Below are positions 39,305-44,686 of a stretch of 44,686 bases of DNA, in pieces. Both the position numbers and the translations under genes were made by a program. Source of the stretch: an uncultured Eubacteriales bacterium (lineage in GTDB: Bacteria; Bacillota; Clostridia; Saccharofermentanales; UBA5734); NCBI GenBank assembly GCA_903919045.1, contig CAIXGU010000050.1, positions 1 through 44,686 on the forward strand, given 5' to 3'. The first letter of the stretch is position 1. Each line of letters starts with the position of its first letter. Under the pieces are notes generated by a model. That model had not been told where the DNA came from and did no database searches. It saw only the letters and a list, made by a program, of their open reading frames with translations.

Positions 39305-40810
39305 CTATCCGACGAGCACCTTGCCCTCGGGGAGGACCTTGTCGCTGCCGAGCTTCGCGCGGATCGTGAGCCCGAGCGCGAAGGCCACGGGGCCGATGCG
39401 GCCGATGAACATCACCGGGATCAGGACCGCCCAGGAGACCGGGTGCAGCGTCGACGTCTGCACGGACGTGAGCCCGACCGTGCCGAACGCGGACATCACC
39501 TCGAACAGCAGGTCGAGGAAGGAGACCTGGGTCTCCGGCGTCTGGACGTCGGCATAGAACCGCGACAGCAGGCGCGCTTCCTCGGTGAAGGACAGGAACA
39601 GCGTGGCGACCAGCACGAGCGCGAGGGCGAGGCCGACGATCGTGAGGGAGCGCATGACGGTCTCGGGATTGATCCTCCGCTTCAGCATGAGCGTGCCGTC
39701 GTCGCCGTGGAGTTCCGAGAGCACCGCGAACAGGATCACGCCGAACGTCGTCACCTTGACGCCGCCGCCGGTACCGCCGGGCGCCGCGCCGATGAACATC
39801 AGCAGGGTCGTGATGAACTTCGAGCCGGGTCGGAGCGAGTGCTGGTCGATCGTGTTGAAGCCGGCGGTGCGCGTCGTCGCCGACTGGAAGAACGCCGCGA
39901 AGGGGCGCTGCCACTCCGGGAGCGTCCCGAGCGCGCCGTACGATAGGTTCTGACGTTCCGCGAAGTAGAAGTACAGGGCGCCGCCGAACAGCAGGACCGC
40001 GGTCAGCACGAGGACGATCCTCGTATGGTAGTTCAGCGAGGATCTCTTGCGGACCGCGGCGATCAGGTCCGACCAGACGACGAAGCCGAGGCCGCCGAAG
40101 ATCAGGAGGAAGGAGGTGGTCATCGTCACGATCGGATCCCCGTTCCAGGCCGTGAGGCTCGAGAAGGGCCCCGAGACGTTCCCCATGAGGTCGAAGCCGG
40201 CGTTGCAGAAGGCGGAGACGGCCTGGAAGAAGGCCTTCCAGACGGCGTGCCAGCCGAAGGCCGGCAGATACTGCGAAAGGAGGATCAGGAAGCCGGCCAT
40301 CTCGATCGCGAAGGTGATCGCGACGATCTTCCGGACGAGCTGGAGGACGTCGGCGAAATCGAAGCTGCCGGTCGACTCCTGGATCACGATCAGCGTCTTC
40401 AGGCCCATCTTGCGGCGCATCAGGGCGAAGAAGAACGTCGTGATCGTCACGATGCTCAGGCCGCCGATCTGGATCAGCGCGAGGATCACGATCTGGCCGA
40501 AGAGGGACCAGTGCGTCACGGTGTCGACGACGACGAGGCCCGTCACGCAGGTCGCCGACGTCGCGGTGAAGAGGGCGCGCAGGAAATCCGTCGAACGGCC
40601 GCTCGCCGAGGCGAACGGCGTGCACAGCAGGCCGGCTCCGACCAGGATCACGGTGAGGAAGCTGAAGGAGATCAGGCGGGCCGGTCGGGCGGTGATCCAG
40701 CGGAGCACGCGGCCGGCGGGGGAGACTCTGCGCGTGGCGTTCACGGCGGTTCGGATCCTCGGCTTTCGCGAAGCGGCTCCGCGCGGTCCCGCGCGGACGA
40801 ATAGCGCCAT
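39305..40810 (-). CDS. trkH: Trk/Ktr potassium uptake system membrane subunit (TrkH/KtrB family)
   Basis: Polytopic membrane protein with ..LFTATSATCVTGL.., ..FQSATTRTAGFNT.. and ..FEVMSAFGTVGLT.., the repeated selectivity-filter-like motifs of TrkH. The start is set at ATG 40810; the TTG start at 40900 would run through the divergent promoter. Confidence 0.88.
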   Translation of the reverse strand: MALFVRAGPRGAASRKPRIRTAVNATRRVSPAGRVLRWITARPARLISFSFLTVILVGAGLLCTPFASASGRSTDFLRALFTATSATCVTGLVVVDTVTHWSLFGQIVILALIQIGGLSIVTITTFFFALMRRKMGLKTLIVIQESTGSFDFADVLQLVRKIVAITFAIEMAGFLILLSQYLPAFGWHAVWKAFFQAVSAFCNAGFDLMGNVSGPFSSLTAWNGDPIVTMTTSFLLIFGGLGFVVWSDLIAAVRKRSSLNYHTRIVLVLTAVLLFGGALYFYFAERQNLSYGALGTLPEWQRPFAAFFQSATTRTAGFNTIDQHSLRPGSKFITTLLMFIGAAPGGTGGGVKVTTFGVILFAVLSELHGDDGTLMLKRRINPETVMRSLTIVGLALALVLVATLFLSFTEEARLLSRFYADVQTPETQVSFLDLLFEVMSAFGTVGLTSVQTSTLHPVSWAVLIPVMFIGRIGPVAFALGLTIRAKLGSDKVLPEGKVLVG

Positions 40811-40863
40811 TCTACTCCCGAAGCCCGGAAAGGGCAACGGATTCGGGCGAATGCGCTCGCCGG

Positions 40864-40892
40864 TTGACAGTCGGATGTGTACGTGGATAATT
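40864..40892 (+). promoter_or_regulatory. Aconitase operon promoter: TTGACA, 17-nt spacer, ATAATT
   Basis: Consensus -35 TTGACA at 40864-40869, exact 17-nt spacer, ATAATT at 40887-40892. Confidence 0.6.
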
Positions 40893-40901
40893 GTATACAA
40901 T
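40890..40901. promoter_or_regulatory. Perfect 12-bp palindrome ATTGTATACAAT overlapping the -10 and start region (candidate GntR-type operator)
   Basis: ATTGTATACAAT at 40890-40901 is its own reverse complement. It contains the GT..AC core typical of GntR-family operators. Confidence 0.5.
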
Positions 40902-40943
40902 CTTCACCCGGGATGCGCCCGGACCGAAAGCAGGAGGGAACGC

Positions 40944-42878
40944 ATGGGCCTCACGATCGCACAGAAGATCCTCGCCGCGCATCTCATTGACGGCGCGATG
41001 GCCCCGGGCGCCGAGATCGGGATCCGGATCGACCAGACGCTGACGCAGGACTCGACCGGCACGATGGCGTACCTGCAGTTCGAGGCGATCGGCATCCCGC
41101 GCGTGCGCACCGAGCTCTCCGTCGCGTACGTCGACCACAACACGATCCAGTCCGGCTTCGAGAACGCCGACGACCACAAGTATCTCCAGACCGTCGCCGC
41201 GAAGCACGGCATCCGCTATTCGCGCCCCGGCAACGGCATCTGCCACCAGGTCCATCTCGAGCGCTTCGGCGTCCCGGGGAAGACGCTGCTCGGCTCCGAC
41301 AGCCACACCCCGACCTGCGGCGGCCTCGGCATGCTCGCGATCGGCGCGGGCGGACTCGACGTCGCGGTCGCGATGGGCGGCGGCCCCTACTACGTCGCGA
41401 CCCCGCGCATCCTGCGCGTCGTGCTGACGGGCCGGCTCCGCCCGTGGGTCTCCGCGAAGGACGTCATCCTCGAGGTGCTGCGCCGCCTGACCGTCAAGGG
41501 CGGCGTCGGGCGCATCCTCGAGTACGCCGGCGAGGGCGTCGCCACGCTGTCGGTGCCCGAGCGCGCGACGATCGCCAACATGGGCGCCGAGCTCGGCGCG
41601 ACGACCTCGATCTTCCCGAGCGACGCCGCGACCGCGGCCTTCCTCGCCGCGCAGGGCCGCCCCCAGGACTTCGTCCCGCTCGCCGCCGACGCGGACGCCG
41701 TCTACGACGAGTCCATCTCCATCGACCTCTCGGCCCTCGCGCCGCTCGCCGCCATGCCGCACAGCCCCGACGCCGTCGAGGCCGTCGACGCGATCGGCCC
41801 CGTGAAGGTCGACCAGGTCTGCATCGGCAGCTGCACCAACTCGTCGCTGCTCGACATGAAGAAGGTCGCGGCCGTCCTCCGCGGGCGCACGGTCCACCCC
41901 GACGTCTCGCTGACGGTCTCGCCGGGCTCGCGCCAGGTACTGGCCATGATGGCCGCCGACGGCACGCTCGCGGACCTCGTGAAGGCGGGCGCGCGCATCC
42001 TCGAGTCGGCCTGCGGGCCCTGCATCGGGATGGGCCAGTCGCCCCGCACCGACGCCGTCTCCCTGCGCACGTTCAACCGCAACTTCGAGGGACGTTCCGG
42101 GACCGCGTCCGCGAAGGTCTATCTGGTCAGCCCCGAGACCGCCGCCGCGAGCGCGGTCGCGGGCGTCCTGACCGACCCGCGGACGCTCGGCGCCGCTCCC
42201 GTCGTCGCGCTGCCCGACCGCTTCGACGCCGACGACGCGATGGTCGTCCCGCCCGCCGCCGACCCGGACTCCGTCGAGGTCGTGCGCGGCCCCAACATCA
42301 AGCCCTTCCCGCGCGGCGCCGCGCTGCCTTCCGAGGTCCGCGGACGCGCGCTCGTCAAGCTCGGCGACAACATCACGACCGACCACATCATGCCGTCGAA
42401 CGCGAAGCTCCTGCCGTACCGCTCCAACGTGCCGTACCTCGCCGGATTCTGCCTGACGCCCTGCGATCCGGAATTCCCGGCGCGCGCCCGAACGAACGGC
42501 GGCGGGTTCATCGTGGGCGGCGGGAACTACGGCCAGGGGTCGAGCCGCGAGCACGCCGCCCTCGCCCCGCTGGAGCTGGGCATCAAGGGCGTCCTCGCGC
42601 TGTCCTTCGCCCGCATCCACATGGCGAACCTGATCAACAGCGGCATCCTGCCCCTCGCCTTCGCCGACCCGGCCGACTACGCCGCGCTCGATCCGATGGA
42701 CGAGCTCGCCGTCGACGACGCGCCCGCGCAGGTCCGCGCCGCCGCGCGCGGGGAGGACGTGGTCGTCCGCAACGCCACGAAGGGGACCGCGATGCGCATG
42801 AAGCTGCCGATCTCCGGGCGCCAGGCCGCGATGCTCCTCGCGGGCGGGCTCCTGAACCTCACCCGCGGGGCGGTCTGA
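40944..42878 (+). CDS. Aconitate hydratase (short, about 640-aa type)
   Basis: The SD AGGAGGG precedes ATG 40944. Fe-S and substrate motifs are ..LLGSDSHTPTCGGLG.., ..IGSCTNSS.. and ..ACGPCIGMGQ... A swivel-domain C-terminus ..GGNYGQGSSREHAA.. is present. Confidence 0.92.
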   Translation: MGLTIAQKILAAHLIDGAMAPGAEIGIRIDQTLTQDSTGTMAYLQFEAIGIPRVRTELSVAYVDHNTIQSGFENADDHKYLQTVAAKHGIRYSRPGNGICHQVHLERFGVPGKTLLGSDSHTPTCGGLGMLAIGAGGLDVAVAMGGGPYYVATPRILRVVLTGRLRPWVSAKDVILEVLRRLTVKGGVGRILEYAGEGVATLSVPERATIANMGAELGATTSIFPSDAATAAFLAAQGRPQDFVPLAADADAVYDESISIDLSALAPLAAMPHSPDAVEAVDAIGPVKVDQVCIGSCTNSSLLDMKKVAAVLRGRTVHPDVSLTVSPGSRQVLAMMAADGTLADLVKAGARILESACGPCIGMGQSPRTDAVSLRTFNRNFEGRSGTASAKVYLVSPETAAASAVAGVLTDPRTLGAAPVVALPDRFDADDAMVVPPAADPDSVEVVRGPNIKPFPRGAALPSEVRGRALVKLGDNITTDHIMPSNAKLLPYRSNVPYLAGFCLTPCDPEFPARARTNGGGFIVGGGNYGQGSSREHAALAPLELGIKGVLALSFARIHMANLINSGILPLAFADPADYAALDPMDELAVDDAPAQVRAAARGEDVVVRNATKGTAMRMKLPISGRQAAMLLAGGLLNLTRGAV

Positions 42879-42880
42879 CC

Positions 42881-43579
42881 GTGGCCGCGATGGCGCCGCG
42901 CGCCCAGGAAGGGTCGGCCCAGGGCTCCCTGCGGTCGCAGGTCTACCTGCGCCTGCAGGCCGACATCCTCGACGGGAAGCTCCATTCCGGCGAGGCCCTC
43001 ACGGAGCTGCGCATCTCCAAGGAGATCGGCGTCAGCCGCACCCCCGTCCGCGAGGCCTTCCGCCAGCTCGAGCTGGACGGGCTCGTCGTCGCGACGCCGA
43101 ACAAGGGCGTCGTGGTCCAGGGCATCGAGGACCAGGACGTCGAGGACATGTTCGAGGTGCGCGTGCATGTCGAGGGGCTCGCCGCCCGTCGCGCGGCGCG
43201 CTCGATGGACGCCCCCGAGCGCCGGGAGCTCGAGGAGGCGCTCGCGCTCGAGGAGTTCTACACCTCGCGCGGGGACGTCGAGGCGCTGCAGGCGACCGAC
43301 TCGCGCTTCCACGAGGCGATCTTCCGCGGGAGCCACAGCCGCATCCTGCAGAGCATCCTCGTCACCCTCCACAGCCACTCGCGGAGCGCCCGCCGGCGCT
43401 CCCTGTCCTCCGCAGGCCGTCCCGCCGAGGCGCTGGCCGAGCACCGGAGGATCATGGAGGCCATCCTCTCGGGGAAGGCCGACGAGGCGGAGGCGCTCAT
43501 GGTCGAGCACATCCGCCGGGCCGTCGGCAGCTACGAGAGAGCCGCAGGAACAAGGAGGCAGGACCATGTCGAACCGTGA
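42881..43579 (+). CDS. GntR-family transcriptional regulator with an FCD (FadR C-terminal) domain
   Basis: The winged HTH ..LTELRISKEIGVSRTPVREAFRQLELDGLV.. is present. FCD-like helices include ..FEVRVHVEGLAA.., ..DSRFHEAIF.. and ..EHRRIMEAI... The start is either GTG 42881 or ATG 42890. Confidence 0.88.
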   Translation: MAAMAPRAQEGSAQGSLRSQVYLRLQADILDGKLHSGEALTELRISKEIGVSRTPVREAFRQLELDGLVVATPNKGVVVQGIEDQDVEDMFEVRVHVEGLAARRAARSMDAPERRELEEALALEEFYTSRGDVEALQATDSRFHEAIFRGSHSRILQSILVTLHSHSRSARRRSLSSAGRPAEALAEHRRIMEAILSGKADEAEALMVEHIRRAVGSYERAAGTRRQDHVEP

Positions 43580-44686
43580 ATTCACCCCGAAGGACCTCTC
43601 CCTCGTCCAGAAGATGGCCGGCGTCGCCGACCGCAAGGGAAGGATCGACCCCTCCCTGTACGGGAAGTACGGCGTCAAGCGCGGCCTGCGCAACGACGAC
43701 GGCTCCGGCGTCCTCGTCGGGCTGACCGAGGTCGGCGACGTCGTCTCCTACATCGTCGACGAGGGCGACATGGTGCCGATCGAGGGCCGCCTCTTCTACC
43801 GCGGCATCGAGATCAACGACCTCGTGAACGGCTTCTACCCCAAGCGCCCGGGCTTCGAGGAGTGCGCCTACCTGCTCCTGTTCGGCGAGCTCCCGACGTC
43901 GGACGAGCTGGGGCAGTTCGAGCGGCTGCTCGCCCAGCACCGCCCGCTGCCCCCGAACTTCACCGAGGACATGATCCTCAAGGCGCCGAGCCCCGACATC
44001 ATGAACAAGCTGGCGCGCGCCGCCCTGGTCCTCTATTCCTACGACGACCGCCCGGACGACACCTCGGTCGAGAACGTCCTGCGCCAGTGCGTCGAGATGA
44101 TCGCCCGCTTCCCCGTCATGATCGCCCACGGCTACATGGCCAAGCGGCATTACTACGACAAGCAGAGCCTGTTCCTCCATTCGCCGCGCGAGGAGTACAA
44201 CACGGCGCAGAACATCCTGCACCTCATCCGCCCGGACGGCCGCTTCACCGAGCTCGAGGCGCGCGTCCTCGACCTCGCGCTGGTCCTCCACGCGGAGCAC
44301 GGCGGCGGCAACAACTCGACGTTCGTCACGCACGCGGTCGCGTCCTCGGGCTCCGACGCCTACTCGGTCATCGGCGCCGCGATCGGCTCCCTGAAGGGCC
44401 CGCAGCACGGCGGCGCGAGCGGGATGGCCTACGGCATGATGCAGGACATCAAGGCGCACGTGAAGGACTGGTCGGACGAGGGCGAGATCGCCGGCTACCT
44501 GGCGAGGATCCTGCGCAAGGAGGCCTACGACGGCAGCGGCCTGATCTACGGCATCGGCCACGCGGTCTACACGCTGTCCGACCCGCGCACGAAGCTGCTG
44601 CGCGACCACGCCCGCGACCTCGCCGCCGAGGCGGGCCGCGAGGACGAGTTCGACCTGTACACCCGGACCGAGCGCCTCGCGCCGGA
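43566..44686 (+). CDS. Citrate synthase; the 3' end is outside the window
   Basis: This gene is not in the ORF track because no stop is reached, so I translated it by hand. The SD AAGGAGG precedes ATG 43566. The translation is MSNREFTPKDLSLVQKMAG.., with catalytic motifs ..LVLHAEHGGGNNSTF.. and ..LIYGIGHAVY... It overlaps the GntR gene by 14 nt. Confidence 0.9.
   Translation, partial: MSNREFTPKDLSLVQKMAGVADRKGRIDPSLYGKYGVKRGLRNDDGSGVLVGLTEVGDVVSYIVDEGDMVPIEGRLFYRGIEINDLVNGFYPKRPGFEECAYLLLFGELPTSDELGQFERLLAQHRPLPPNFTEDMILKAPSPDIMNKLARAALVLYSYDDRPDDTSVENVLRQCVEMIARFPVMIAHGYMAKRHYYDKQSLFLHSPREEYNTAQNILHLIRPDGRFTELEARVLDLALVLHAEHGGGNNSTFVTHAVASSGSDAYSVIGAAIGSLKGPQHGGASGMAYGMMQDIKAHVKDWSDEGEIAGYLARILRKEAYDGSGLIYGIGHAVYTLSDPRTKLLRDHARDLAAEAGREDEFDLYTRTERLAP

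Noticed and set aside
40811-40943. A c-di-AMP (ydaO-type) riboswitch upstream of trkH.
   Set aside because: The whole divergent spacer is 133 nt and must also hold the aconitase promoter. I could not recognise the conserved pseudo-symmetric ydaO core by eye. A covariance-model scan would settle the question.
43497-44609. A 370-aa minus-strand ORF covering the last 1.1 kb of the window.
   Set aside because: The plus strand here encodes a citrate synthase with intact catalytic motifs. It is missing from the ORF track only because it has no stop within the window. The minus-strand ORF is its shadow.

Overview
This is a very GC-rich chromosomal core region: codon third positions are almost always G or C, so every real gene has long 'shadow' ORFs in other frames and on the opposite strand. 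Gene order is Firmicute/Clostridia-like. I found no tRNA or rRNA genes, CRISPR arrays, transposases, integrases, or obvious phage or defence genes.

Gene content, left to right:
- two M16 peptidases, lgt, and a SEDS (RodA-like) gene
- a compact dcw cluster: mraZ-rsmH-ftsL-PBP-murE-murF-mraY-ftsW-murG-[GDPD]-ftsQ-sbp(DUF1290)-ftsZ
- nrdR, then an OmpR-type response regulator, a histidine kinase and an HtrA protease
- nth-recG-rsmD-coaD and a coiled-coil protein of unknown function
- a divergent lipoprotein and a DUF485-actP pair
- thioesterase, a membrane protein, pcm and tag
- a RibBA-like gene
- a PAP2 membrane protein with an overlapping small Cys-rich protein
- ybaK
- infC-rpmI-rplT with a structured leader, then a TrmH-family methyltransferase
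- trkA-trkA convergent with trkH
- an aconitase, GntR regulator and citrate synthase operon that runs off the 3' end

Product calls rest on motifs I recognise in the supplied translations. No database search was possible.

I see no clear-cut novel 'system' such as a defence island or mobile element. The most unusual things are:
- a glycerophosphodiesterase translationally coupled inside the dcw operon, where Mur genes usually sit
- a dcw cluster with no murD, murC, murB, ddl or ftsA
- an FtsZ with two C-terminal-peptide-like motifs
- phased GTGG(T/C)G boxes in the mraZ leader
- a perfect 12-bp palindrome on the aconitase promoter, next to an operon-embedded GntR regulator
- an ActP symporter with a large hydrophilic insertion
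- a RibBA-like protein whose RibB half looks catalytically dead
- a PAP2 plus small 6-Cys protein gene pair
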